Shown here: piece after piece, positions 1 through 13,406 of the stretch | Position numbering within the stretch: the first letter of the stretch is position 1 | How the letters are laid out: every line of letters starts with the position of its first letter | DNA from: Octopus sinensis | Lineage: Eukaryota | Assembly (NCBI RefSeq): GCF_006345805.1 | Contig: NC_043002.1 | Span: forward strand, 57,660,001-57,724,000 | Direction of reading: 5' to 3' | DNA: 64,000 nt | Notes under the pieces: generated by a model | Databases searched by the model: none | Seen by the model: only the letters and a program-made list of their open reading frames with translations | Told to the model about the DNA's origin: nothing | Position numbers and translations under genes: made by a program

Positions 1-674
1 TACAAGTAACTGCAGAATATGTGGAGATGGACAAGAAACAATAAATCATATTATCTCTAGCTGCCCAGTACTGGCTAAGAAGGAATATATTCACAGACAT
101 GACAGAGTCGGAACCTACATACATTGGAAGCTATGCCAACATTATGGAATAACAACAGAAAAAAGATGGTATAGGCACACACCAGAAAAGGTCACAGAAA
201 ACGAGAAAGCAACCTTACTCTGGGATATGCCGATACACACAGATAGAGAAATTAAGGCCAACAGACCAGATATAGTTGTCAGAGATCATGAAGAAAAAAA
301 ATGCTTTCTAATTGATGTATCAATACCGGCTGATGACAACGTGTCTCTAAAAGAAATGGAGAAACTCTCAAAATACAAAGACCTGGAAATAGAGGTAACT
401 AGAATGTGGAATCTGAAAACAGAAACAATTCCTATCATAGTAGGTGCATTAGGCATGATAAAAAAATATTCAGACAAATACATGACAAAAACACCAGGAC
501 TTACAAACACATATAACATACAGAAAATTGCACTACTAGGCACTGCACACATCCTACGCAGAACACTTTCCATACAATAACCATCAAAGCATCACAACAA
601 ATCACAGCACATACCCAAGGCACACAGAGCTGCGCTCGGTAGTGAAGTGAAAGCACGCTATAAAAATAAAACTA

Positions 675-677
<3 letters not shown>
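1..677 (+). mobile_element. R4/Dong-clade non-LTR retrotransposon, 3' end (runs off the window start)
   Basis: Frame +2 is open from base 2 to the stop at 580 and reads CRICGDGQETINHIISSC (CCHC knuckle), then RHDRV...WDMPIHTDREIKANRPDIVV...FLIDVSIP...KLSKYKDL...IPIIVGALG (restriction-like endonuclease). A 97-bp 3' UTR follows, then (AAT)n. Confidence 0.9.
2..580 (+). CDS. C-terminal CCHC zinc knuckle plus restriction-like endonuclease of the R4/Dong ORF (partial)
   Basis: Uninterrupted reading frame extending track ORF 227..580 upstream; PDIV and D-x-K type REL motifs are present. Confidence 0.85.
   Translation, partial: TSNCRICGDGQETINHIISSCPVLAKKEYIHRHDRVGTYIHWKLCQHYGITTEKRWYRHTPEKVTENEKATLLWDMPIHTDREIKANRPDIVVRDHEEKKCFLIDVSIPADDNVSLKEMEKLSKYKDLEIEVTRMWNLKTETIPIIVGALGMIKKYSDKYMTKTPGLTNTYNIQKIALLGTAHILRRTLSIQ

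Positions 678-737
<60 letters not shown>
678..737. repeat. (AAT)n microsatellite, tail/target of the Dong element
   Basis: About 20 AAT units directly after the 3' UTR. Confidence 0.95.
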
Positions 738-738
<1 letters not shown>

Positions 739-1196
739 GGGCTACAGCAAATATTCTGCTCAATACCACAGATTTGCTTGTCAGTTGTTTGACCTTAACC
801 AGTTGAGCATGTCCCTTGGTGGCTGATGATATGTGCATCTCTGATCACAAGCAGAAGTAGTGGGGGAGCATTATAGCCATGTGTTGAGAGGGATTCTTTG
901 GGATTTGAATAATTCACCTCTGGAAACATGGGTGGTTCTTTCAACATCCTTAAACAACCCTTATTCAGGGACCTTTTGAGCGGGATGGGCTACTCAACCT
1001 GAAGATAATTCCAACTGGGCCCCACCTGCAAGGTCATGTGCTGTTTATCTTGATATGAAATCACAATATCGCGCACATATGGTTGTGATGCATGTGCCTG
1101 GTGTACCCTTATCAGACGGGTAGTCATGATGGGTATATTGGGCTTCGTATATTTTACCCCAGTGTCACTTTGATGGCATGAACTGCTCTCTCACTC

Positions 1197-1197
<1 letters not shown>
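738..1197 (+). mobile_element. Non-coding (AAT)n-associated interspersed element (family X)
   Basis: Flanked by (AAT)n on both sides. Homologous copy with an internal deletion at 45996-46305; 5' piece at 44807-44933 shares AGCAAATATTCTGCTCAATAC. Confidence 0.7.
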
Positions 1198-1250
<53 letters not shown>

Positions 1251-1251
<1 letters not shown>

Positions 1252-1579
1252 TTAGGGAGTATATCCAAACTTACAGGGAAAAATTAGTTTTAGGATTGAA
1301 ACGTACGTAGTGTTTTTACTTATTATATTATATTTAACTTTTTTATACTTTTTGGTTAGTTATATATAAAAAAATTTAAATTAAAAAAATTAAAAATATA
1401 AATTTAAAAATTTTAAATTTTAATAATTTAAATTTTAAAATTTTAATAATTTAAATTTCAAAATTTATATTTTATATATATATATTATATATTAAATAAA
1501 TTATATTTATGTTTGTTTTTTATGTTTTGGTTTATGTCTATCACTGTTGAGTGTCTAATTGTGGTTTTATCTCTATATA

Positions 1580-1580
<1 letters not shown>
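1251..1580. mobile_element. AT-rich repeat family F (probable PLE terminal-repeat relic)
   Basis: Begins ATTAGGGAGTATATCCAAACTTACAGGGAAAAATTAG, near-identical to the start of 56838-57320. Confidence 0.5.
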
Positions 1581-1642
<62 letters not shown>

Positions 1643-2682
1643 AGTTTCAGCTCAGAGTTGTGGTCATGCTTTTTTTTGACCTTACGATCGTTGTTCTTGA
1701 ATCGTTGTTTCCTTAAAATACCGAAAATATTTTTCGAAGCACTCTAGGAATCTCTCGCGGCACACCGCTACAGTACATATTTTGTCAGACATTGCTCTAG
1801 GGGCATCAACAAATAGGACGCCAAGACTGGCTGGGTACTATAACATTGTTTTTATGGTAAGGAAAAACCACCATTAGGCATCTTTTGCCAGTAGTGTACT
1901 GAAGGTACATATACATACATACATACATACATACATACATACATACATACATACATACATACATACATACATACACACATACATAGAGGCACCTATTTAT
2001 TATGTTAATTATTGAATAGGTCATCTAGGTTGTACCTTGCATGTTTATATAGAAGGACGGTGTATTTATACCATGATGGAACCTAAGAATGCATCGATAA
2101 AATGCTATGCAAAATTTAAAACTCCATATTATAGTGCATCTTGGAGATCAAAGCGTTCTCGAAATACGTTATGCCTTAGCATATATATTGCCAGAAAATA
2201 TGGTAAGTACTTGTAATGAGCAGTGTGAAGAATTAGTAGAACCGGTTGAGCAACGGTCTACATTGTATTACCACTTTTAGTTGAGACCGTGTATGGCTGT
2301 TTCTTATTCAAATCCAATCTAGGTCTTCTGGCATCTGGATTAGTTTAGATTCAACGATTTATGCCATCGGGTAAATCCTTCTTATGCCTAAATAATTAAA
2401 TAAGGAAGTATCTATGTTGATATTTATAGTGATAAAGTGACAGAAACTATAGCTATTTCTTCTAATTCACTGTATCACATATTACGCTGTCCATCTGAGT
2501 GAAATTAAGACCAGTTATATAATAGCATCTCACCGACTGCAGATTCAAGCAAACGAAAGAATTTAACCCTACAAGGACAACAAGATGTACACCCCCGGCT
2601 GCGGTTATCATTTACAAGATTTCGATTTCCGGTTGAAATCCTTGCGCTTCCTTTTCCCAAAGTGTTTCCGCATAACAGTGAA

Positions 2683-2995
2683 TGCACATGACTTAGTAGT
2701 TAAGGTATTCAGCTTACGATCGTAGGGTTGTGAGTTCGATTAACAGCGGTGCGTTGTGTCCTTGAATAAGACACTCAGTCCACTCCAGTCCACTCAGCTG
2801 GCAAAAATGAGTTGAACCTGTAATTCAAAAGGCCAACTTTGTCACATTCTCTGTCACGCTGAATCTCCCCGAGAACTACATTAAGGGTACATGTGTCTGT
2901 GGATTGCTCAGTCACTTGCACATTAATTTGAGGAGGAGTCTGTTCTGTTGATCGGATCAAGTGAAACATGCATCGTCGAAATCGACAGAGAGACA
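2683..2995 (+). mobile_element. tRNA-derived SINE, family 3
   Basis: tRNA-like head (TAGTAGTTAAGG ... GTGAGTTCGATT) and tail CTGTTGATCGGATCAA...TCGTCG...CGAC; homolog at 42235-42540. Confidence 0.7.
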
Positions 2996-3549
2996 GGATT
3001 TTTTCAAGTGCTTAACATGTAACACCTTTAAAACCAAAGGTAGAGGATATAAAAGTGTTATAAATTAAAGTATATTAACTTTACTGATGTCGATGATATG
3101 ACTGACCTCTTTAGAAGGAAGAAGAATGCTTCATCCAATCCATTAATGGTTGGTTACTCTTGAACTTGCTTCAAGGTCTTTCAACACGCATCCTTTATGC
3201 TCCCACCTACACTTCTCGGAACAAGTTGCAGGCTTACTGCTAGCTGTACCTCCAATGGATGGAGAGTGCAATAAGTTTCTTAATGGGCCCCTTTACTTAA
3301 GATCCAAAAGCATTCCTTGCTAACACGTGTAACGGACGATGTTCGAACCCTTTTCATATTGCCGCTTTTAACGCTTCAAGCCTGTATTTGTATTGGATTT
3401 TCTTAATGCGTCATGAAAGTTGCTTCCAATAGGATCCTATGCAGATGGTGCCTGAGGATTCTACCATCATTACCTTCAGATGAATAGTGGGCAGAGAAAA
3501 ATTGATGGCTGAATGGATGGGAAGATGTTTTATGTGCGGTGAGCTGTAA

Positions 3550-3715
3550 GAATAGTTAGCACGCTTGGCAACATGCATAATGGCATTTCGTTCGCCCTCA
3601 TCCGAGTTCAAATTCCTCCAAGGTCGATTTTACCTTTCATCCTTTCGGGGTCAATAAAATAAATACCAGCTGAACATCGAGATCAATATAATTGACCCCT
3701 GCATTCCTCTGTGTT
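3550..3715 (+). mobile_element. tRNA/CORE-type SINE, family 2 fragment
   Basis: TTAGCACGC...GAGTTCAAATTCC...CCTTTCATCCTTTCGGGGTC, shared with many copies in the window. Confidence 0.65.
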
Positions 3716-4189
3716 AAAATTTTAAACCAATATATTTGGTAATTCTCAGTTTTAAGTTCGAATCGCCTGCAATACGATGGGGACTTTTAGTTTGAGTACC
3801 CTGAAAAAAAAAAAGGGTTGCCGAAATGTATTGGGATACATAACATAGTATCTAAGAATTATATCAGTATGATTCCAGAGCGCTTGATTAGGCTTTATGG
3901 GATATAGACATTACGTTTTTAACTTCTACATATACTTTTAATTCGTTTTCATTCCAACCACATCCACTATATGTCTGACGCCCATGAAAACATGTAGAGT
4001 TTTAATTCCTAAAAAATCTCAGTTCTATTAATTTGAAATAATGAAGTGAAAAGTTAAAATTCAGCAGAAAGTTACTTGAATCAAAATTTTCGTAATTTGT
4101 GTGTGTCTGTATGTGTAAATATGTAGCTGTGAGTGTTTTCGTGCATACAAATTGCTAAATAAAAGTGTGGATTATTAAAACAATTCTGA

Positions 4190-4373
4190 AAGCAAGAAAG
4201 AGAAAGGTGAAAATGAGAGAGATAGAGGGGAGGAGAGGAAGGGCGGGAGAGAGAGAAAGAAAGAAAAGAAAGAGAACAAAATGAAAATGAGAGAAAACAG
4301 ACAGAGAGTGAGAGAGGAAGGAAGTGAGAGAGAGAGAGTGAGTGAGTGAGAGGAAAGAAGAGAGAGAAAGACT

Positions 4374-4407
<34 letters not shown>

Positions 4408-4460
4408 GAGAAAGACAGAAAAGAGAAGGAGAATGAGAAAGAAAGAGGGAGGGAGCAGAT
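4190..4460. repeat. Polypurine (GA/GAA-rich) low-complexity tract
   Basis: Almost exclusively A/G on the + strand, with a (GA)n core. Confidence 0.85.
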
Positions 4461-4702
4461 CAAGAATGACAGCCTCAATAAACAAACAAGTGTTGACAAC
4501 TAATTTACTCCAAGCTAATTATCATTATATCTAAATATAATTAGAAAGTAAGCAATTAATACATCTTAATTGCTTTCCCCCCTTCAACCACTTCCTGAAC
4601 ACAAGCATGATATATACAGAGAAGGAAAGAAAGTTGGAAGGTGTTCCTTATTTTCGCTTAAACACCGTAACACGGAACTCACACATACTCAGAGATAATT
4701 TA

Positions 4703-4747
<45 letters not shown>

Positions 4748-6536
4748 TTGTTTATTATATATGCATATTTGTTTGTATGTATATATGTTTGTATGTATGC
4801 ATGTATGTATGTATGTATGTATGTATGTATGTATGTATGTATGTATGTATGTATGTATGTATGTATGTATGTATGTATGTATGTGCGTGTGTATGTATTA
4901 TATGTGTCTATCACTTCATGTGCGTTCTCCATTGCTTTTAATTATTTGAAGTTTTCCTGTGAGGAAAGTAGATGACAAAAACAATTCCACTTTTTAAACT
5001 TTGGATAATTCTTGCATAGCACTACTATTCCTCTTACAGATTTTATTTGCAATGAACGTAAATGTTAATTTATGTTCTGGATATACAGACTCTTAAGGTT
5101 CTGAAGCAGTTATGCGTATGTTATCCTTTTTTCTCTTTCATTGTTAAAAAGATATTCACACCAGCAGTATAGCAGACCTCTATGGATGTATGAGCGTGTG
5201 TATGTATGTATGTATGTATGTATGTATGTATGTATGTATGTATGTATGTATGTATGTATGTATGTATGTATGTATGTATGTATGTATGTATGTATGTGTG
5301 CGTCTGTGTGTGTCTGTGTATCTAAGTGTCTATGTATGTATGTATGCGTCTATGTAATTGTCTTAAAGCTAAGTTATCCCTAGTATGTATCCATATAGTT
5401 GTTTATTGTCATCTTATATATAACCAACAATACACATTCTACAATCTATACATTTATGCAATACGATTCATATTAAATATTATTTTTGTAACCTTTCACA
5501 CAATACAGAAGGGACATTAAAACTTTTCTTTATATTTCTCATTAATTTATAAACTAAAGCATTCTGCCTAAATATAGTTTACGTAAATAAATTTAGCGTT
5601 TTCGTAAACAGAAACAATTTGAAAATAGGCTATAGCTGTGACGTTTCGGGGGCACTGCATACTTTCTCTAATTAGAGTTCATATCGCTAAGCAGGCGTTA
5701 ACACAGCTCTCATATTATTTAATTAATTAATTTCCAGTTTCATTTCTTATACATGGAATTCATATATGTAGTGTCAATTCCTCATTCGAGAGGATAATTC
5801 TTGTCATTCTGTCATACTTTTCTGCTATTACATTAAAAAGCCGTCGCTTACTTTTCTACAGCACATTTCTTAGGAATTTTAGTCAGGTACTTATATAAAG
5901 CCACAGCTCTGTTAAATTTTTCACAGTTTCCCCAGAATATGGAAGGTGAAACTATTAGATACAAGTTGGGAAGCGTCAGAAGACTCTTGCCCAAGGTGCC
6001 ACGAAGTAGCACTGAACTAAAAACCTATTGTTGCACAGCAAACTTCTTTCATCACACTATAAAATGCAATCTGTAAGTAAAACAGTAAAATTATGCAAAA
6101 CTTTTCTCAAGTTTAAAATGTGACATTGTTTTCGTTATCTACATTCCAATGGTGGAGATTCGTATCTTTGCTGGAAATCAGCTCCTTTCTCGTGGGAAGA
6201 ATTTATATAATTAAAAACAAAATGCATACATACATACATACATGCATGCATATATAATACATACATACATACATATATAGATACATACATGCATGCATAA
6301 TACATACATACATGCATGCAGACATACATACATATATACATGCATGCATGCATACATACACACATACATACATTCATACATATATGCATGCATTCATACA
6401 TACATACATACATACATACATACATACATACATACATGCATAAATACATATCTGCTTTGCAAGTTTCATGATGTGAATTCTTGTTTTGAAACAAATTTTG
6501 TTGTTTCTTGGGAGGGTCATTACGCCACACACACAC

Positions 6537-6578
<42 letters not shown>

Positions 6579-7221
6579 ATATGTATGTATGTATAATGTA
6601 TATATATATGTGTGTATATGTTTGTGCGTGTGTGTGTGTGTGTATGTATATATATATATAACCAATAAGTATGAAATTAGATACAAACACACATTATGAG
6701 ACAAAGTGTGAAAGACTTGAGATGAAATATAACTAAAAAGAGATTAGATTTAAAAACAATTCCTTACAGTAATTTCCGTCATCATGTCGGAAAGCTTCAT
6801 GTACGATAATTTGCGAAACATGTCGACTGGTGGTGGCCTGGCTTCGAACAGTGGACCCCATGGAAATGCTGAGATCTAGAGATCGGTTCTCCATTGCACT
6901 GAAGTAGCAAAATTGTTGCTTACATTAAAGCACTTACCAAGGATTTTAATAATCGTTTTAATGACATGATGCAAATGAATACAATGGGGTAATATATTGG
7001 ATGTAACGAGGGTATTCTTGGGGTATACGTGAGATTTAAAGGGGTATTATTGGAGTATGTATCATATTTAAGGGAGCAACACGCCAGAGGGAGCAGTTCC
7101 TTTGTCCCGAAGACATTACTGAAAATATTTTAATTAGAATATTTGATATATATTTCTTTTATTTTCTTTTATATGTTCTCATGCTGGGGCACAACTATTT
7201 TCATCATCTTTTCAGTGTTCG

Positions 7222-7470
7222 ATTCCTGGACTGGGCTGTGTGTTGCTCTCTTGAGCAAGACACTTTATTTCACTCAGCTGTAGGAATGAGTTGTTGCGTC
7301 ACTGGTGCCATGCTGTATCGGCCTTTGCCTTTTCATTCGATAATACCAATGGCGTAGAGAGGAGAGGCTGGTATGCATAGGCGTTTGCTAGTACTCCATA
7401 AACAACCTCACTTGGACTTGTGCTTTAGAGGGGACTTTCTAGATCCAATCACATGTGATTCATGACCGAA
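7222..7470 (+). mobile_element. tRNA-derived SINE with Nin/Deu-like conserved central domain
   Basis: B-box GTTCGATTCC, then ...GCTGGTATGCAT...AACAACCTCACTTGGACTTGTGC...ACTTTCTAG...CAATCACATG...TTCATGACCGAAAGG; reverse-orientation homolog at 53215-53532. The domain name is from recall, not from a search. Confidence 0.65.
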
Positions 7471-7601
7471 AGGTTCTTTACCCTTTATGTATGTGTATAC
7501 ATACATACATACATACATACATACGTACATACATACATACATACATACATACATACATACATACATACGTACATACATACATATATATAGAGAGAGAGAC
7601 G

Positions 7602-7639
<38 letters not shown>

Positions 7640-7642
7640 AAG

Positions 7643-8402
7643 AAATGCAGTAGATGACATTACTAGAAGTGCAGGTGAAGGAGTCGGTGATATGATAGGG
7701 TCGTTGATGAGTGCCGGTGAGGAGGGTGGTGTTGGAGTGGTAAGGGCAAGTGCGGCAGCGTGGACGGGAGCAGGGAAACGAGTCGGGTTGGGAGGTTGGG
7801 TTAAGGAAGAAGCTGTGGGCTCGTTTGAAGGAGGGGATGGATCGGTTAGGGAAGATGTGTGAAGTGGAGGGGTCGGACTGGAGTCGAAGGAGGCTCGGAG
7901 AATAGTGCGTTAGAGAGGTGGGGTGGTGGGATGGTAGGTGAAGGGAATCGGGAGATGGGAGACGGCGGGGCTGTTGCGGGGGAGAGAGTAGATGCACGGT
8001 CCACGGAACATGCTCTGGCAAGGGCGGTGTGGATAGAGGTGAGGGTATATCCACGTAGGATGAAGTGGTGAGCCAAGAATTGAGACTGAGTCTCAAAGTC
8101 ATAGTCGTCACTGCAGAGCCTAAGTAGACGGAGGAATTGGGAATAGGGGATGGAGAGCTTGGTGAGTTTAGAGTGGGAGGAGGTGAAGTTGAGTTATGAG
8201 TGTGAGCCTGTGTGTTTGTAGTGGATAGAGATGGTGAGAGTGGAGTGATGACTGCTGACCGAAATGTCAAGAAAGGAGACAGAAGTGTCAGAGATAGTGC
8301 AAGAGAAGTGGAAGGCAGGATGGAAAGATTTAACAAAAGAGAGGAAGGAGTCTAGATGTTCGCAGGAGAGTTAGGTCACACCAATACAGTCATCAATATA
8401 AC
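7643..8402 (-). pseudogene. Penelope-like element (probably Neptune-type) RT C-terminal half, Cys-rich linker and start of GIY-YIG endonuclease; frameshifted
   Basis: Minus-strand pieces read [79 protein letters not shown] and ITDSFTCTSSNVIYCISCS. Cut by (GA)n at 7643 and by (TA)n at 8402. Confidence 0.85.
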
Positions 8403-8447
8403 ATATATATGAATGTATATATATATATTTATATATATATATGCATG

Positions 8448-8481
<34 letters not shown>

Positions 8482-9059
8482 TATGTATATGTATATATAT
8501 ATATGTATATGCACATACGTATTTATGTATATATTCTATATATATATATGTATTTATGTATATATCTATATCTATCTATATATATGAGCAATACTTACAC
8601 ACAGTGAGCTGCACTTAGCACGTAGTCTTTATCCAACAAATTGCCGGCACATTGAAATCCTTCGGCTCCATTTATGTGAACGATTCCAGAAAACTGACAA
8701 TTCTGAGATTCTCGACCATTTACAATTCTCTCAATTTTCAAATTGTTTTCGGAATTCTGAGCCTGATCTGAGAAAAGAGAAATTATAATGAATTAAGTAA
8801 TTTCATGCTTAAGTGTTTGACATATGACCGTCTCGAAAGGTAACTAGTCATTCTGCTGAAAGAATAATCTTTCATAACTTACTAGAATTTCAGACGTTAG
8901 ACTTCGTGTCAAAAATTTAGGTAAATTTCCTGGTTCAAGGAGCGGGACATTAGGCAATCTCGATCTGCAGCTTAACGTAGAAATTGGGTTAGAACTCAAA
9001 ATTCTACGTTATTTACCATGAGAGAATATCCTCATAAGGACTTGTGGTGCATAAAAACA

Positions 9060-9270
9060 CTTGAAATTATATCGATGACAAACAAGAGTCGTTTGCTATG
9101 GCCGCAAGGACACCCAGATCCTGTGATTTCACCCTGCTATTTATTCCTTAGTGCGATAACAGCCGAATCTCTCGTCAACGATAAATAGAATTTCAATGTC
9201 TATTCAGGCACTGGTGTCGAAAATAGCCACCGAGCTTATTAAAAAAATAATTGATAGCGATGGACATCTA
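9060..9270 (+). mobile_element. Degenerate Tc1/mariner transposase C-terminal relic
   Basis: TGGCCGCAAGGACACCCAGATCC...CCCTGCTATTTATTC resembles a frameshifted WPP.SPDL.P.D.FLW motif. Confidence 0.4.
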
Positions 9271-10603
9271 TCACTGAGGAATCCATAGCAGGGCGAAATT
9301 ATGTGACTAGCAGTTCCGATGACCGTAGAAAATGAATCTCTCATATCAGAGATATCATTGTGTGTGCTTTTATGCATCATGAGTTTTTATGAGAAACCCT
9401 CTCTCGGAGTAAATGACGCAGTATACTGTTTCTGTCGCAATTAATTATTTTCTACCGAAAATAATTAATTAGACCTTTCCTATGAAGTGTAGTTACCAAG
9501 TGGAACAAGTTTTGATGGATTACGTAAAATAAAATACAAAGTCCAAAAATTGGGAAGGAAGACCTGTTAACAAGGAAACCTAATCGAAATTCTACAGATT
9601 TTAATTTATATAGAAGTCGCAAATTGTGGAGAACATAACTAAAAGAGTATTATTAATACGGTCCAAGAGATTAGAACATCAGAATGCTAATCGTAGTTGC
9701 ATTTTCATCTTCAAAGAAAAATCTCTTCTGTTCAAACGTTGTGTGTTTACAACAAATGCGATTCTTGATGTTAGGGGAATTTGAGAGACCGGTGTTTCGA
9801 TCTGGGCATGTCTCTTCACACAAAGCTACTCCGGGATCAATGAATTAAAAGGAGAATGGCGATTCTTGTTTATAAAATAAAGCAAACAAATTATTTGCTG
9901 ATGTTTGCTAAACCAATAATAAATTATCACGTGTTTGGAGAGCAGCAAGGACGAAAGCGATGGCGTAAATATTCAGTGTTAATACTTTTCAGGAGATCTG
10001 ATCGAGGACATGTCAACTACTGTTGTATTTTGTCATTGGAGAACACCTGCTTCTTGTAGATGATGTGAAGACAGAACCGATTATTGGTGGGGCTTTGGTG
10101 ACAGTATCAAAAGATATGGAATGGAACATATAGGAAATGGGAAAATGATGCCAGGTAGGACTGCTTCAAAACGTGTACCTCCTTAGCACAGCTAGAATCA
10201 CCAGCAAAGAGAGCTATTACTATGGTACTCTAGGCTGCAGGTAGTATGCCCGTTACTCATCACATATTCCGAGAGTTAAAACAAAACTCGAGTTAAAAGA
10301 AGAAGAAGGAGAGGAAGAGGAAGAAAGAGGAGGCAGATGAGGAAAATACAAATTATAAATATTTTATGTGAACACCTTGTAGCCCTTCTCCATATCACAG
10401 ATAATATTTCTTATCCCCTTCACATTGAGATAAGATAGTTAACTCACTTTGTAGTAGAGGACTGAACTAGAGGGCGCTGCATATGCAAATGTTTTGGCTG
10501 TAATTGTACTGCTAGTCTGTAAACTGGCACTTAATGACTCATATTCCATAAAACGGAGAGTTCAACAATTCCTCTGAGCAAATCATACTGTGTTTCATAG
10601 ATT

Positions 10604-10651
<48 letters not shown>

Positions 10652-11199
10652 TTAGATATTACATACATGCTTAATGTTTTAGTTAGATATTAAATACATG
10701 CTGTACGCTATTTGTCTGATGATCGTATAAACAAACTTCCTATAAACAAAATTTCTGGAATACACCAAATGACTGGACTCCATTGTATAACACAGCCTGA
10801 AGACAGACTTCAACATAATGACGTCCTTTATAGTTATATTACTGTACTAATCTGGCTTTCCTCTCGTTTCCTTCAAAGTGTTCATAATGCAGTCTTAATT
10901 ATTCATTTCAGAATCTGATTGTGAGAGACGGTATTATACCATCGCTGGCGCCATTTTCTATCTCTTAAGTATCAGTTTCCCATTTTCATGTTGTCGTCCA
11001 GAATTTTATGTGAATAAATATATAACATAAATGAATAATGTACACCTTTAAGGAAAATGATTGCAATTATTTTTTATGGTCTGTTGAACATTTTTACACA
11101 CAAGATAGATATCATTGGTGAATAAAAACAAAGTGTTAAGAACACAAAACGAAAGATGTCGGCTACACATAGCATTTTGGTAAATCCTATAATAATTAT

Positions 11200-12050
11200 T
11201 AGTTTCAAACTTTGGCACAAGGTTACCAATTCCGGGGGAGGGGCTAAGTGGATTTACAATGCTCCATTGGTACTTAATTGATCGGTCACAAAAAGATGAA
11301 AAACAAATACGACCTCACCGGAATTTGAACTCAGATCGTAATAACGTACGAAATCGCGTAAAGTATTCCATTCGCCGTGCTAACGGTTCTGGCAGCTCTC
11401 TGCTTTACAAATCCTATGATGTTTATTCTTTTCTACTCTAGGCACAAGGCCCGAAATTTTGGGAGTGTGGGCTGGTCGATTAGATCGACCCCAGTATGCA
11501 AATGTGACTTAATTTATCGAACCTGATGAAAGGGTGAAAGGCAAAATCGACATCGGCGGAACTTGAACTCAGAACATAAGACAGACGAAATACCGCTAAG
11601 CATTTCTACCAGCGCACTCTCTTATATTCCTTTCTACTCTAGGCACAAGGCTCGAAATTTTTGGGTAGGGTTTCAGTCGATTAGATCGACCAGAAAGGTT
11701 GGAAAGTAAAGTCGACCACGAGGGAATTTGAACTCAGAACGTAACGCAGACGAAATACCGCTAAGCCTTTCGCCCGGCATACTAAAGGTTCAGCCAGCTC
11801 GCTGCCTTACAAATCCTATAATATTTATAATCAGCGACCAGCTGGCAGAATCGTTAACACGCCGGAGGACATGCTTTGCGCCATTTCGTCTGTTTTTACG
11901 TTATGGTACGTTATGAGGTTAAAATCCGTCGAGGTAGATTTTGCCTTTCATACTTTCAGAGTAGATAAAAGAAGTACCAGCTGTGCACTGGGGTCGATGT
12001 AAACACCTTACCTCCTCACTCTGGAGGATCTGCCAAAATTTAAAACCAGT
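11200..12050. mobile_element. Cluster of nested and truncated family-2 SINE fragments
   Basis: Repeated GGAATTTGAACTCAGAACGTAA...GACGAAATACCGCTAAG and TCTACTCTAGGCACAAGGC.CGAAATTTT segments in both orientations. Confidence 0.75.
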
Positions 12051-12074
12051 TTTATGGAGATTATTTTAGTTTTT

Positions 12075-12270
12075 ACGTCTTACTTAAGTCATTGAACTGT
12101 GGCCATGCAGGGGCATTGCCTTCGAGAGTTTTTGTCCGACAAATTGACTGCAGTACTTAAGTTATATTTTTAAAAATCTTGTACTTATTCTATTGGTCAC
12201 TTTTGCCGAACAGCTTAGAAACGGAGACGTAAACAAACTGACACCGATTGTCAAGAGGTGAGAAAACAAG
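12075..12270 (-). mobile_element. SINE family 1, degenerate 3' half
   Basis: CAGTCATTGAACTGTGGCCATGC... and GTACTTATTCTATTGGTCACTTTTGCCGAAC match the family tail and body. Confidence 0.6.
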
Positions 12271-12545
12271 CGATGACAAAACAGTCATAGATAGGCATAT
12301 ATATGTATGTATATGTTATTATATGCGTATCGATCTAAAGGAGACTACGGCAGCGGTAGTGGATATAAATAGTTATTGCCAAGCTAATATGGTTATAAAG
12401 GAAGGTTAAATTCTATGTTTTTGTGCAGCTGAAGATCATTCTGCATTTTAAATTGATGTAATGATTGAATTGTCCGATTAAATGGAGTTGCTTGAAACGA
12501 TCGTACTGCATTACCTCTGGATATCCTTGTTGCTTATTTTGATTT

Positions 12546-12591
<46 letters not shown>

Positions 12592-12592
<1 letters not shown>

Positions 12593-12796
12593 GAGATGCA
12601 GCACGGACTTTGTCAGTGAACAGGTCGCGGATTTTAGCGACGAAAATATTTTGACAAATTAAACTTAAATGTTGAAGTGAATCGAACGGCTTTTGTGTGT
12701 TTCTTAAATGGCTTATAAACACCTTCCACGCTGCAATTGTTTTCGTTTCAGCACACGATCTCAGATCAAATTACTTGCTATGCGAGTACATCTCCG

Positions 12797-12798
<2 letters not shown>
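12592..12798 (+). mobile_element. Short non-coding element, family G monomer, in (TA)n
   Basis: TGAGATGCAGCACG...GTACATCTCCGTA; has the same two termini as the fold-back copy at 59501-59830. Confidence 0.7.
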
Positions 12799-12856
<58 letters not shown>

Positions 12857-12926
12857 ATATATATATATATGTAGTATGTATGTATGTATGTATGTATGTA
12901 TGTGTGTATGTATGTATATATGTATA

Positions 12927-12984
<58 letters not shown>

Positions 12985-12990
<6 letters not shown>

Positions 12991-13406
12991 ATCGAATCGC
13001 ACGTGTCTCGTGATGTGCTGGAGATTTTCTATTTTGGATATATTTGGGGTACTTAGGTCTGCTCATGACTTAGTGCTTGCTTCTTCCATGAGTATGAGTA
13101 AGAATTTAATTTATATCTTACGTATTTATCGCTGACGAGGAGAAAATTGTTATGAATTAACTCTGAAATTGGGACCGATACGGTAATAACGGAATTTTTT
13201 AGAAATTTCTGTCAGCTTACTTCGAGACGCGTGTTAATAGTGATAAATTATATGGTTATTGATAATTTGTCTATTTTCGTCATATTTGGCATTGGAATTT
13301 TTCTTTTGCCCTTGTTTATAAGTTGCTTATAAATTTAACCTTTAAACGTATTTTTAATATGCTGGCCATTGATAAAATTTCTTTCGAAAAATATTATCCT
13401 ATATTA

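Noticed and set aside
2221-2275. Hammerhead-like relic (CAGTGT-GAAGA...GCAACGGTC-TACATTG)
   Set aside because: Core CU is missing, GAAA is altered and there is no clear stem II; too decayed to call.
5634-5707. Minus-strand CCCC-GAAA-CG-TC-ACAGCT with matching AGCTGT upstream
   Set aside because: The 3' half and stem I fit a hammerhead, but there is no recognisable CUGANGA core.
6786-6827. GTC-GGAAA-GC...GC-GAAA-CATG-TC-GAC hammerhead-like motif
   Set aside because: Palindromic stem III is present, but the core is only 5 nt and stems I and II only 2-3 bp.
8826-8900. Possible hammerhead relic around ACTAGT...ACTAG...CAGACGTTAGAC
   Set aside because: Neither core half is intact.
9995-10175. 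Possible exon (TTTTCAG acceptor ... CCAG/GTAGGA donor)
   Set aside because: All three frames contain stops and I recognise no homology.
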